From an uncultured Alphaproteobacteria bacterium (GTDB lineage Bacteria; Pseudomonadota; Alphaproteobacteria; RF32; CAG-239): a stretch of 64,000 bases of DNA. Shown piece after piece: positions 8,867-17,619 of the stretch (position 1 is its first letter; every line of letters starts with the position of its first letter). A program made the position numbers and the translations under genes. The notes below the pieces were generated by a model that saw only the letters and a program-made list of their open reading frames with translations, was not told the origin of the DNA and did no database searches. The DNA lies in NCBI GenBank assembly GCA_910577205.1, contig CAJTMA010000010.1, positions 56 to 64,055 of the forward strand, in the 5' to 3' direction.

Positions 8867-10123
8867 TTAAGCGGCTTTAATCAGCCCGTGTTTCTTTTTG
8901 CCTTGCGACAGTTTAATCTGTCCGTCAACCAAATCGGCAGCGCTGAATTTATAGTTTTCATCGCTGACGACTTTGTCATTGACCTTCAAACCGCCTTGTT
9001 TAACCAATCTGCGCCCTTCGCCTTTGCTGGCAATAAAGCCCAGTTCTAAGAAAGCATCCAGCAGGCTTAAGCCGTCTACTGAAGATTTTTCGATGCTCGG
9101 TAACTCGCCGCCGGCAATGCCCTGTTCAAAAGCGGCAATAGCCGTGTCGCGGGCTGCTGCGGCTTCAGCTTCGCCGCGGCAGATTTTGGTCGCTTCATAA
9201 GCCAGAATTTTCTTGGCTTCGTTGATTTCCTGGTCTTTCAGAGCTTCCAAACGGCGGATTTCATCCATTGGCAGATCAGTATAAATCCGCAGACATTTTC
9301 CGACCTCGGCATCGCCGATATTGCGGAAATATTGGTAGTAATTGTAGCTTGGCAGTTTCTCTTCGTTAATCCAAACGGCGTTTCCTTCGGATTTGCCCAT
9401 TTTCTTACCGTTAGAATCCGTAATAATCGGGCTGGTAAAGCCGAATAATTCCACATCATACTTGCGGCGTCCCAGTTCTGTGCCGGAGGTAATGTTGCCC
9501 CATTGGTCAGAACCGGCAATCTGTGCCCGGCAGCCATACTGTTTATATAATACGGTAAAATCGTAGCCTTGCAGCAGCATATAGTTAAATTCGAGAAATG
9601 ACATGGGCTGTTCGCGTTCCAACCGGGTTTTGACACTGTCCATGGTCAACATCCGGTTAACCGAATAACAAGTGCCGATGTCGCGCAAAAATTCAAGATA
9701 ATTAACGTTCTTGAACCAATCCCAGTTATCAACCATAACCGCGTCGTTAGCGCCGTCGCCAAACGTCAGGAATTTGCTGAAAGATTTTTTCAGCCCTTCA
9801 ATATTATGCTGTAAAGTAGCTTCATCCAAAAACGGGCGCAGCTTGTCTTTGCCGGACGGGTCGCCGATACGGGCTGTTGCGCCGCCGACCAAAGTCAAAG
9901 GCTTGTGTCCGCATTTCTGAAACCAGCGCATCATCATCAGCGGCACGATATGCCCGACGTGCAGGCTGTCGCCGGTGGGGTCTGAGCCCAGATAGCCAAC
10001 CGCTGGTTTTCCGCTTTTTTCACAGTCATAAAGATAGGTGTCAAAACCTGTTTCATTGGTGCATTGATTGTAAAAACCGCGCTCAACCATAAGGTTGAAA
10101 AATTCTGATTTAAATTGGCTCAT
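8867..10123 (-). CDS. tyrS: Tyrosyl-tRNA synthetase
   Basis: DPTGDSLHVGH, GSDQWGNI, KMGKS, C-terminal S4 domain; start moved to ATG 10123 after AAGGAAAGGG. Confidence 0.97.
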   Translation of the reverse strand: MSQFKSEFFNLMVERGFYNQCTNETGFDTYLYDCEKSGKPAVGYLGSDPTGDSLHVGHIVPLMMMRWFQKCGHKPLTLVGGATARIGDPSGKDKLRPFLDEATLQHNIEGLKKSFSKFLTFGDGANDAVMVDNWDWFKNVNYLEFLRDIGTCYSVNRMLTMDSVKTRLEREQPMSFLEFNYMLLQGYDFTVLYKQYGCRAQIAGSDQWGNITSGTELGRRKYDVELFGFTSPIITDSNGKKMGKSEGNAVWINEEKLPSYNYYQYFRNIGDAEVGKCLRIYTDLPMDEIRRLEALKDQEINEAKKILAYEATKICRGEAEAAAARDTAIAAFEQGIAGGELPSIEKSSVDGLSLLDAFLELGFIASKGEGRRLVKQGGLKVNDKVVSDENYKFSAADLVDGQIKLSQGKKKHGLIKAA

Positions 10124-10238
10124 TTTCCCTTTCCTTAATATCAAATAAAACGGCATTTGACAGCCGCAGTTTCATAAATTCTTAACCGATATTAACATAT
10201 AATTCCGACAATGCAATAACGGAGGTAAATTTTTTGCA

Positions 10239-11339
10239 ATGACCGTCATCAAACCCCTCAAAGCGCTGGGACTGTTGAGTACATCTTCTTTGGAAGGTGT
10301 TTACGCGGTTATGTTAAGCACCGACGGGGTGGATGTTTTCGATTATGGGCATTTGCTGCATATTCCCTATGAAGAAAAGCTGCGGGAGAAAATCCGTCCG
10401 CTGCTGGGCACTTGCCCTCAAAGCGCGGAAGAAGTTGCTGCCTTTAACGAGGTTAATCGCGAACTGACGGAGTTCCATGCCGAAGTCGTTAAAGAATATG
10501 CCGCTTCTTATGGCGAAGATATTGACATAATCGGCTATGAGGGGATTACCTTGGCGAACCATGCTGCCGATCACAATATTTGTTTGTTGGGGAATGGCCG
10601 GCTTTTGGCAGAACTAACCGGGATTCGCGTTGCCTATAATTTTCATCATGCAGATTTGCGCGCCGGCGGGCAGGGGTCGCCTTTAGAACCTGTTTATCTG
10701 AATGCGCTTTGTGCGGATATGGGAAAACCTTTGGCTGTCGTAAATATTTCGGGAATAACCCGGGTAACATGGATTGGCACTTACGGTGAAATGGCGGCTT
10801 TTGATATTGGCCCCGGCAATGCGGCAATAGACGAATGGGTTCGCAAACACGGCGGCATGAATATGGATTACAATGGCAAACTGGCAATCACCGGCAAGGT
10901 GAACGAGCAGATTGTTGCCACAATGATGCGCCATAAATATTTTGCCAAATATCCGCCCAAATCCACCGAACGCAGCGATTTTATTGAAAAATTGGAGCAT
11001 CTGGAAGGCTTAAGCCTAGAAGACGGCGCAGCAACGGCAACCGCTTTTGTGGCGGAAGCCATCGCTTATTCGCTGCTGCTTTATCTGCCAGAGATTCCGA
11101 AAATTTTGCTGGTTTGCGGCGGAGGAGCTAAAAACCCGACAATTTTAAGATTTTTGCGCCAACGTTTACCTGATATGGCTATACACACCGCGGCCGAGGA
11201 GGGGTTAAATACCAATTCTCTTCCTGCGCAGGCTTTTGCATATTTAGCCGCGCGCCGACTTTATCATTTGCCGATAACCTTTCCGGCAACAACCGGCGTT
11301 CCCGAACCGATGGTTTGTGGCGAGATTTGCGAGCCATAA
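10239..11339 (+). CDS. anmK: Anhydro-N-acetylmuramic acid kinase-like protein (divergent motifs)
   Basis: GGQGSPL, FDIGPGN, PPKS, VCGGGAKN, AFAYLA, FPATTGV; divergent from tyrS, the usual arrangement. Confidence 0.8.
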   Translation: MTVIKPLKALGLLSTSSLEGVYAVMLSTDGVDVFDYGHLLHIPYEEKLREKIRPLLGTCPQSAEEVAAFNEVNRELTEFHAEVVKEYAASYGEDIDIIGYEGITLANHAADHNICLLGNGRLLAELTGIRVAYNFHHADLRAGGQGSPLEPVYLNALCADMGKPLAVVNISGITRVTWIGTYGEMAAFDIGPGNAAIDEWVRKHGGMNMDYNGKLAITGKVNEQIVATMMRHKYFAKYPPKSTERSDFIEKLEHLEGLSLEDGAATATAFVAEAIAYSLLLYLPEIPKILLVCGGGAKNPTILRFLRQRLPDMAIHTAAEEGLNTNSLPAQAFAYLAARRLYHLPITFPATTGVPEPMVCGEICEP

Positions 11340-11392
11340 GGCGGAATATTAAAGAATTAAAATAATTATTATGAAATAAAAACAATAAATAA

Positions 11393-11533
11393 ATGGAAAA
11401 TTTTGAAGACAATCGCCGCTATGATGAAAATCATCAGCCGCAACAACATTCAGCCTATGAATGTTTAATTATCATTATGTTTGTGGTCGCTATGGCTTAT
11501 ATGGTAATTTTCAAAGAAGTTCAACTTCCTTGA
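11393..11533 (+). CDS. Small single-TM protein (46 aa), not in the ORF track
   Basis: MENFEDNRRYDENHQPQQHSAYECLIIIMFVVAMAYMVIFKEVQLP; followed by a terminator-like hairpin. Confidence 0.45.
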   Translation: MENFEDNRRYDENHQPQQHSAYECLIIIMFVVAMAYMVIFKEVQLP

Positions 11534-11583
11534 TGCACAAAGCCGATCCAGGTCAATAAGCAGCGCTCAGGCTTATTGCTATC

Positions 11584-11625
11584 ATCCCCCCGCTTGGAAA
11601 GTATTTCCGCCGCGGGGATTTTTTT
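11584..11625 (+). terminator. Intrinsic terminator
   Basis: ATCCCC(CC)GC...GCGGGGAT plus a T-run. Confidence 0.6.
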
Positions 11626-11704
11626 GCCTTAAAATTATTCTGGACAAAAAATATTTTTTCTGCTAATGTCTGCGCTAAGTACTTAATTATTAATTTTTAA
11701 ATTT

Positions 11705-12109
11705 ATGAATATGAAAAAGTTTTTATTTTTCGTGATGATGGCTGTATCTGCCGTCCTTATGACAAGTGCCCAAAACCGAGTAAAAGACGTGACTATTTAC
11801 GGCGAGCGTCCCAATGCTGACAGCTTCCGCGACCCTGATGCCGTCAAATCTGTCCTGGCATACCAATACGGCGCTTTTGAAGCGGATGAAACGATAACGG
11901 TTTCCACTTCCGGCGCGCCTGTTGAATACTGGTATCGGCACGATGCAAAACAGACTTTTCTGGTTATCCGCACCGGCAAGAAACAGGAAATTACCTTCTG
12001 GTTTCAGGATGCCTCGGATAAAATGCCGGAAATTGATTGGAAATCTGCCGTTGTTACCAATAAAAACGGCATGAAAATCAAACTTGTCTTCGCGGTTAAA
12101 ACCGATTGA
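11705..12109 (+). CDS. Secreted hypothetical protein
   Basis: MKKFLFFVMMAVSAVLMTSAQ signal peptide; has its own promoter candidate and terminator. Confidence 0.65.
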   Translation: MNMKKFLFFVMMAVSAVLMTSAQNRVKDVTIYGERPNADSFRDPDAVKSVLAYQYGAFEADETITVSTSGAPVEYWYRHDAKQTFLVIRTGKKQEITFWFQDASDKMPEIDWKSAVVTNKNGMKIKLVFAVKTD

Positions 12110-12122
12110 ACGCTAAAGCTTT

Positions 12123-12158
12123 AAAACCCTGCCTGACTGCTCAGACAGGGTTTTTTTT
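12123..12158 (+). terminator. Intrinsic terminator
   Basis: AAAACCCTGCCTGA/TCAGACAGGGTTTTTTTT. Confidence 0.8.
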
Positions 12159-12246
12159 ATATTTTATTGCATCGCAATAATTTATATTTGACTCGCCGGG
12201 ATTCTTGTATTAGCATTTGTTCGAATTAACAATTACCGCAATAAAA

Positions 12247-12297
12247 ATGATGAATAACTTTTTGATACATACCATTCCTTCCATTATTATCCCTTAG
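12247..12297 (+). promoter_or_regulatory. Candidate Ile-rich leader peptide (MMNNFLIHTIPSIIIP) and attenuator of ileS
   Basis: 5 of 16 codons are Ile, 3 of them consecutive; the stop lies in the hairpin TATCCC-TTAG-GGGATA, followed by a T-run. Confidence 0.5.
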
Positions 12298-12374
12298 GGG
12301 ATACATCATTTTTTTTACATATTTAATTATCACAGTTACAAAACAATCACTCATCATAGTTAAGGTGTTTAAAC

Positions 12375-15300
12375 ATGACTAAACATTACGCTGACGTTAA
12401 GGCTAAAGCCGACTTTGTCGAGCTTGAAAAAGAAGTCCTCAAATTTTGGGAAGAAGACAAAACCTTTGAAAAATCCGTAAAAAACCGCGACGGGGCTGCG
12501 GAATTCGTTTTTTATGACGGGCCGCCGTTTGCCAACGGAACGCCGCACTACGGGCATATCATGGTTTCATATGTGAAAGATGTTGTCGCCCGTTTCCAGA
12601 CCATGAATGGCAAAAAAGTCGAACGCCGTCTGGGGTGGGACTGCCACGGTCTTCCTGCTGAAATGTCTGCCGAAAAACAGCTTGGCGTTTCCGGCCGCAA
12701 ACAGATTGAAGAATACGGCGTTGAAAAATTTAATGATTTCTGCCGTTCTGACGTATTGAAATATTCCGGCATTTGGGTGGATATGTTTAAGCGTATCGGC
12801 CGCTGGGTTGATTTTAACCATGACTATAAAACCATGGATTTGCCTTTTATGGAAAGCGTCATTTCCAACTTTAAGCAGTTATATGACAAAGGGTTGGTTT
12901 ACGAAGACTACCGCGTGCTGCCGTATTCTTGGTGCGCAGAAACCCCATTGTCAAACTTTGAAGTTAATCAGGGCTATCAGGATAAAACCGATAACGCCAT
13001 CACGGTTATGTTCAAGCTTGAAAACGGCATGAATATTCTTGTTTGGACAACCACGCCTTGGACACTGCCATCAAACTTAATGTTGGCTGTCGGCAAAGAT
13101 ATTGACTATGCCGTTATGGAAGAAAACGGGCAGAAATATGTCTTGGCGCAAGCTTTGCTCGGCCGCTACAAAAAGCAGTTGGAACACGCCGCACAGGTTG
13201 GGACTCTGAAGGGTAGCGAATTGATAGGCATGAGCTATGAGCCGATGTTCCCTTACTTTAAACACCTGAAAGATAAAGGGGTATTTAAGGTATTGAGCGG
13301 CGAGTTTGTATCGACCGAAGACGGTACGGGCATAGTTCATATTGCCCCGGGCTTTGGTCAGGACGACTTTGATGCCTGCCGCGCTTATGATGAAAATTTC
13401 CCGGTCGTCTGCCCGGTTGATGAAGCCGGCAAATTCACTGCCGAAGTGCCAGATTATCAAGGCAAACAGGTTTTTGAAACCAATGAACCGATTATGCAGT
13501 TGCTGAAAGAAAAAGGTATACTTGTCAAAAAAGAACAATATACCCACTCTTATCCTTTCTGCTGGCGGACAGATACCCCGCTGATTTATAAAGCGATGTC
13601 CAGCTGGTTTGTCAAAGTAACGGATTTCCGTGATGACATGGTTAAGAACAATCAGCAGATTAACTGGGTACCGGAACACATCAAAGACGGCCGTTTCGGC
13701 AAATGGCTGGAAGGCGCGCGTGACTGGTCGATTTCCCGTAACCGTTTCTGGGGAACGCCAATTCCGGTATGGAAGTCTGATAATCCCAAATTCCCGCGGA
13801 TTGACGTGTTCGGGTCGATTGCCGAGATTAAAGAGAAAACGGGTTTTGATGTAACCAATTTGCATAAGCCTTATATTGATGACGTGGTTTATCCGAACCC
13901 GGATGACCCCTCAGGTCAAACCATGATGCGCCGTGTCGGCGATGTCTTTGACTGCTGGTTTGAATCCGGTTCAATGCCTTATGCGCAGGTACACTATCCG
14001 TTTGAAAACAAAGAATGGTTCGAAAACCATTTCCCGGCTGATTTTATTGTGGAAGCAATGGATCAGACCCGCGGCTGGTTCTATACCTTGACAGTCTTGT
14101 CAACGGCTTTGCATAACCGTCCGGCATTCAAAAACTGTATCTGCACCGGCTTATTAATGGCTGAAGGCGGACAGAAGCTGTCCAAGCGCCTGAAAAACTA
14201 TCCTGACCCCAATGAGGTTTTGGATTCCATCGGCTCTGACGCTTTGCGCTGGTTCTTGGTATCTTCTCCGGTATTAAAAGGCGGCAATCTGGCTGTCGAC
14301 AAAGAGGGCAAGGAAATTGCCAAAGCCTCCCGCGTGGCGCAAATCCCGTTGTGGAACGCTTTCTACTTCTTCACTCTCTATGCAAATGCCGAAGAATATA
14401 AAGCTAAAGAAATAAGCGTTTCACCGGAAGCTATCGACAACTACATTCTGTCTAAGCTGAAACATCTGGCTGAAGTGGTTAAAAACGGCATCGAAACCTA
14501 TGATGTTTCTTTGGCAACCAATGAATTGTCAGCTTTCATGGAAGTCTTGAACAATTGGTATATCCGCCGTACTCGCGACCGTTTCTGGGAAGGCGATGCC
14601 AATGCTTTTGATACACTGTATACAGTCTTGGTAAATGTTTGTAAAATTGCTGCGCCGTTAATGCCATTCCTGAGCGAATATATTTTCAAGGCACTGACCG
14701 GCGAGGAATCCGTCCACTTGGCTGATTATCCGCAGTTGTCAGACATCAAATATGATGAAGAACTGGTAAATACCATGGACTTTGTTCAGGATTTATGTTC
14801 AACCGGCAAATTTATCCGCGAGGAGAAAAACCTGCGCAACCGTCTGCCGTTAAACAGCCTGACGATTGTTGGCGCTGAATTAAGCCCTGCTTATCAGGAA
14901 ATTGTCAAAGACGAACTGAATGTTAAAGAAGTTAAATTTGATAATAATCTGGAAAATTATGCCGCAAAGAAAATCTATCTCTATACCCCGCTGCTTGGCA
15001 AAGCTCTGGGTAAAGATATGGGGGCGGTGATGGCTGCTTACAAACAGGGCAATTGGGTATTGAACGACAATGGCACATTGGCTATCGGCGGACAAAACCT
15101 AAACCAGGATTTGTTTGAAGTCCGCTTGGAGATGAAAGACGGTGTTGCCGGTAAAGCCTTTGCGGATAACCGTGCGGTTGTAACGCTGGATACTAACGTT
15201 ACAGATGAGCTGAAACGCGAAGGTATGGCGCGCGACTTTGTCCGTTTGGTTCAAACAATGCGTAAAGATAAAGACTTTGATATTTCTGACCGTATTGAGC

Positions 15301-15479
15301 TTTGCTACCAAACCGCAGATGCCGAGCTGGCTCAAGCTTTGGAAGAAAATAAAAGCTATGTCGCCGAACAGGTGCTGGCCGTTAAAATTAATACAGCCTG
15401 CCCTGCGGGAACTGAAGCAGATATCGAAGGCGCTAAATTAGTCTTTGATGCTAAAGTCAGCAATGCAAAAGTAGCTTAA
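12375..15479 (+). CDS. ileS: Isoleucyl-tRNA synthetase, type 2 (eukaryote/archaea-like)
   Basis: DGPPFANGTPHYGH, GWDCHGLP, WTTTPWTL, WSISRNRFWG, KLSKR, IleRS2 C-terminus (EGMARDFVR). Confidence 0.96.
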   Translation: MTKHYADVKAKADFVELEKEVLKFWEEDKTFEKSVKNRDGAAEFVFYDGPPFANGTPHYGHIMVSYVKDVVARFQTMNGKKVERRLGWDCHGLPAEMSAEKQLGVSGRKQIEEYGVEKFNDFCRSDVLKYSGIWVDMFKRIGRWVDFNHDYKTMDLPFMESVISNFKQLYDKGLVYEDYRVLPYSWCAETPLSNFEVNQGYQDKTDNAITVMFKLENGMNILVWTTTPWTLPSNLMLAVGKDIDYAVMEENGQKYVLAQALLGRYKKQLEHAAQVGTLKGSELIGMSYEPMFPYFKHLKDKGVFKVLSGEFVSTEDGTGIVHIAPGFGQDDFDACRAYDENFPVVCPVDEAGKFTAEVPDYQGKQVFETNEPIMQLLKEKGILVKKEQYTHSYPFCWRTDTPLIYKAMSSWFVKVTDFRDDMVKNNQQINWVPEHIKDGRFGKWLEGARDWSISRNRFWGTPIPVWKSDNPKFPRIDVFGSIAEIKEKTGFDVTNLHKPYIDDVVYPNPDDPSGQTMMRRVGDVFDCWFESGSMPYAQVHYPFENKEWFENHFPADFIVEAMDQTRGWFYTLTVLSTALHNRPAFKNCICTGLLMAEGGQKLSKRLKNYPDPNEVLDSIGSDALRWFLVSSPVLKGGNLAVDKEGKEIAKASRVAQIPLWNAFYFFTLYANAEEYKAKEISVSPEAIDNYILSKLKHLAEVVKNGIETYDVSLATNELSAFMEVLNNWYIRRTRDRFWEGDANAFDTLYTVLVNVCKIAAPLMPFLSEYIFKALTGEESVHLADYPQLSDIKYDEELVNTMDFVQDLCSTGKFIREEKNLRNRLPLNSLTIVGAELSPAYQEIVKDELNVKEVKFDNNLENYAAKKIYLYTPLLGKALGKDMGAVMAAYKQGNWVLNDNGTLAIGGQNLNQDLFEVRLEMKDGVAGKAFADNRAVVTLDTNVTDELKREGMARDFVRLVQTMRKDKDFDISDRIELCYQTADAELAQALEENKSYVAEQVLAVKINTACPAGTEADIEGAKLVFDAKVSNAKVA

Positions 15480-15493
15480 GAAAAAAGAACCGG

Positions 15494-15520
15494 AAAACCC
15501 CGCCATTGTGCGGGGTTTTT
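15494..15520 (+). terminator. ileS terminator
   Basis: AAAACCCCGC/GCGGGGTTTTT. Confidence 0.85.
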
Positions 15521-15752
15521 GTTTTATGTTTATATACCTGAGTTCTAATGAATTTAGAAAAAAATAACTAACCCTCTTATAATATTTACAAATATCAAAA
15601 TTTAATTTATAGTGAAAAGTAACCGTTTTATGACATTTGTCCAGGCTTATGGACAAAAGAAAGAAATTATGGTAAGTTAAGACTAAGGGTATTTTAACCA
15701 ATTTCTGTTTTCATAAGTTAAAGAACAGATAAAAAAATTGGCGAGGTGTTAT

Positions 15753-17408
15753 ATGGCTGAAAACGTAGTTTTGAATGAGCCGACCGTAGGGCAGCGTGTC
15801 GGAGCACGAATTGGCAAAGGCATTGATAATGTCATCGATACCTATCAGGGCGCGAAACAGCATATCTCGGAAAAAGTATCAAAGATAGCAGCCAAAGGAA
15901 AAGCCGTTAATCGTTTACGCCGGATGCAACACAACCGCGATAAAGAAGCTGTTAAGAAGATGTTTGCCGATGCGAAAGCCAAAGCCGCCGAATTTAAGGC
16001 AAAAGCTGCTGAAAAAATGAAAAATGGGGCGGAGAAAGTTGCAGAAACCTCTTTTGTTCTGGCTTTTGGTATTAAAGAATTGGCTTCTATGGGCTACAAC
16101 GCCGCCAAGGATAAAATTAACGGGGCTGTCGGCAGCTTTAAAAATGCAATTAATAACCGTGTTACTAAAGCTAAAAATAAAATTAATAACGGTGTTAATA
16201 AGGTGAAGACCAAATTTAACAATGGCGTTAATTCCGTTAAGAATTTTGGTAAGAAAGTCTGGAAAGGTGTGAAAACCGCGGCTTTTGTGACCGCTTATGT
16301 TGTGGCTTCGCCGGTCATCTTGCCATATAAGGCCGCCAAATGGGGTGTTAAGAAAATCTCCAATGGCGTCAAAGCCATCCGCAATGGTTATAAAAAATTG
16401 AAAAACAGGGCTTTAGGCATTACCGATGACGTTGCGCAAGATAAAGACACAGCGCTAAAGCAAACCTCTTCCGAGAAAAAAGTTTCGCGCTTAAATGCGC
16501 AACAGGTGGCCGCGGCGTGGGAACAGGTAAGGGATGACGGCAATGCGCCGCTTTATTCCAAGGAGTGCAACAGCCATTATAATCTCAGCGGTTATGCTGA
16601 CAGATTTTTAGAAGATATCAAAAGTGGAAAAACAACCTTGTCGCCGGAAAATGCCCAGTTGGCGGCGACTTTTCTGGGTATCAGTATGGAAGTCCAAGAC
16701 AAGGTTAATCATAATAAAGTAGTAGACAAAGAAGAACGCAACCGCAATATTGCTGCGCAGTTAGAGCAGTTTGGCATAAAGAATCCATATAAAACCGAAG
16801 AAACCCAAGATAAAGAAGCAGAATCACAAACGCCTCCGGTTCAAGAAAAGCCAAAAGAACAGGAAGAACCTGCGCCGGAAAAACCGAAAGAGAAAGAAAT
16901 TCCCGAACTTAATCCGGAACAAGCTAAGTTGGTCGAATCTCAACTAAATGTCTTAAAAACTTTGGGGCAGGAAAATGGTCTGAAACCGACTGATGATATG
17001 TATAAAGGCCTGGTTGACATGATGGAAAGAGGTTTTGCCGAAAAGGGAATCACTGCGGAACAATTAGGGGCTATCCGTGAGAGTAACCCGAACCTATTCC
17101 CGCCTAAAGAAAAAGAACAGCCAGCCCCAGAGCAACCCAAAGAAAAAGAACAACCAGCACCGGAGCAACCGAAGGAAGCACCGCAGCCTGCGCCGGAGCA
17201 ACCCAAAGAAAAAGAACAGCCTGCACCTGAAAAAACATCTCGGCGTGAAATGTCACCAGAGGAACGCGCAGAGCGTAAAAAGAAGAGAGATGCCAGAAGA
17301 ATCATGCAAGCACAAGGCCGCTTCAAGCCTAAACAGTCAAGCGTTAAAACCAGCGAGGTTGATCCGCAAGTGCTAAGCAAAGCCTTAATGGGAAACACCT
17401 TGGAATAA
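15753..17408 (+). CDS. Hypothetical protein with amphipathic Lys-rich 11-mer repeats, one hydrophobic segment and P/E/K/Q repeats
   Basis: ATG after GAGGTG; no signal peptide; KAKNKINNGVN-type repeats; PKEKEQPAPEQ repeats. Confidence 0.75.
   Translation: MAENVVLNEPTVGQRVGARIGKGIDNVIDTYQGAKQHISEKVSKIAAKGKAVNRLRRMQHNRDKEAVKKMFADAKAKAAEFKAKAAEKMKNGAEKVAETSFVLAFGIKELASMGYNAAKDKINGAVGSFKNAINNRVTKAKNKINNGVNKVKTKFNNGVNSVKNFGKKVWKGVKTAAFVTAYVVASPVILPYKAAKWGVKKISNGVKAIRNGYKKLKNRALGITDDVAQDKDTALKQTSSEKKVSRLNAQQVAAAWEQVRDDGNAPLYSKECNSHYNLSGYADRFLEDIKSGKTTLSPENAQLAATFLGISMEVQDKVNHNKVVDKEERNRNIAAQLEQFGIKNPYKTEETQDKEAESQTPPVQEKPKEQEEPAPEKPKEKEIPELNPEQAKLVESQLNVLKTLGQENGLKPTDDMYKGLVDMMERGFAEKGITAEQLGAIRESNPNLFPPKEKEQPAPEQPKEKEQPAPEQPKEAPQPAPEQPKEKEQPAPEKTSRREMSPEERAERKKKRDARRIMQAQGRFKPKQSSVKTSEVDPQVLSKALMGNTLE
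17103..17231 (+). repeat. About four copies of a 33-bp coding tandem repeat (PKEKEQPAPEQ)
   Basis: Visible in both DNA and protein. Confidence 0.8.
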
Positions 17409-17415
17409 ACTTTAC

Positions 17416-17444
17416 AGCCCCTGCAAAACAGGGGCTTTAATTTT
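17416..17444 (+). terminator. Intrinsic terminator
   Basis: AGCCCCTG/CAGGGGCT plus a T-rich tail. Confidence 0.75.
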
Positions 17445-17537
17445 GTATCCGTACAGTTTTATCAAAATTTAACTTTTATGAAATATGATAACCCAAATGT
17501 TAAGGTTTGGTTACATTTAGATAAAATTCGCAAATTT

Positions 17538-17565
17538 TTGACAAAATTTATTGAAAACGTATAAT
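17538..17565 (+). promoter_or_regulatory. Sigma70 promoter with consensus hexamers
   Basis: TTGACA-N16-TATAAT upstream of the 1424-aa ORF. Confidence 0.65.
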
Positions 17566-17619
17566 CTATATGTTATCCTTACTCATATATAAGGAATTTC
17601 TGCGAGGAGTACAAAGACA

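Noticed and set aside
12200-12374. T-box riboswitch for ileS
   Set aside because: No AGGGTGGNACCGCG-like T-box or GC-rich stem I
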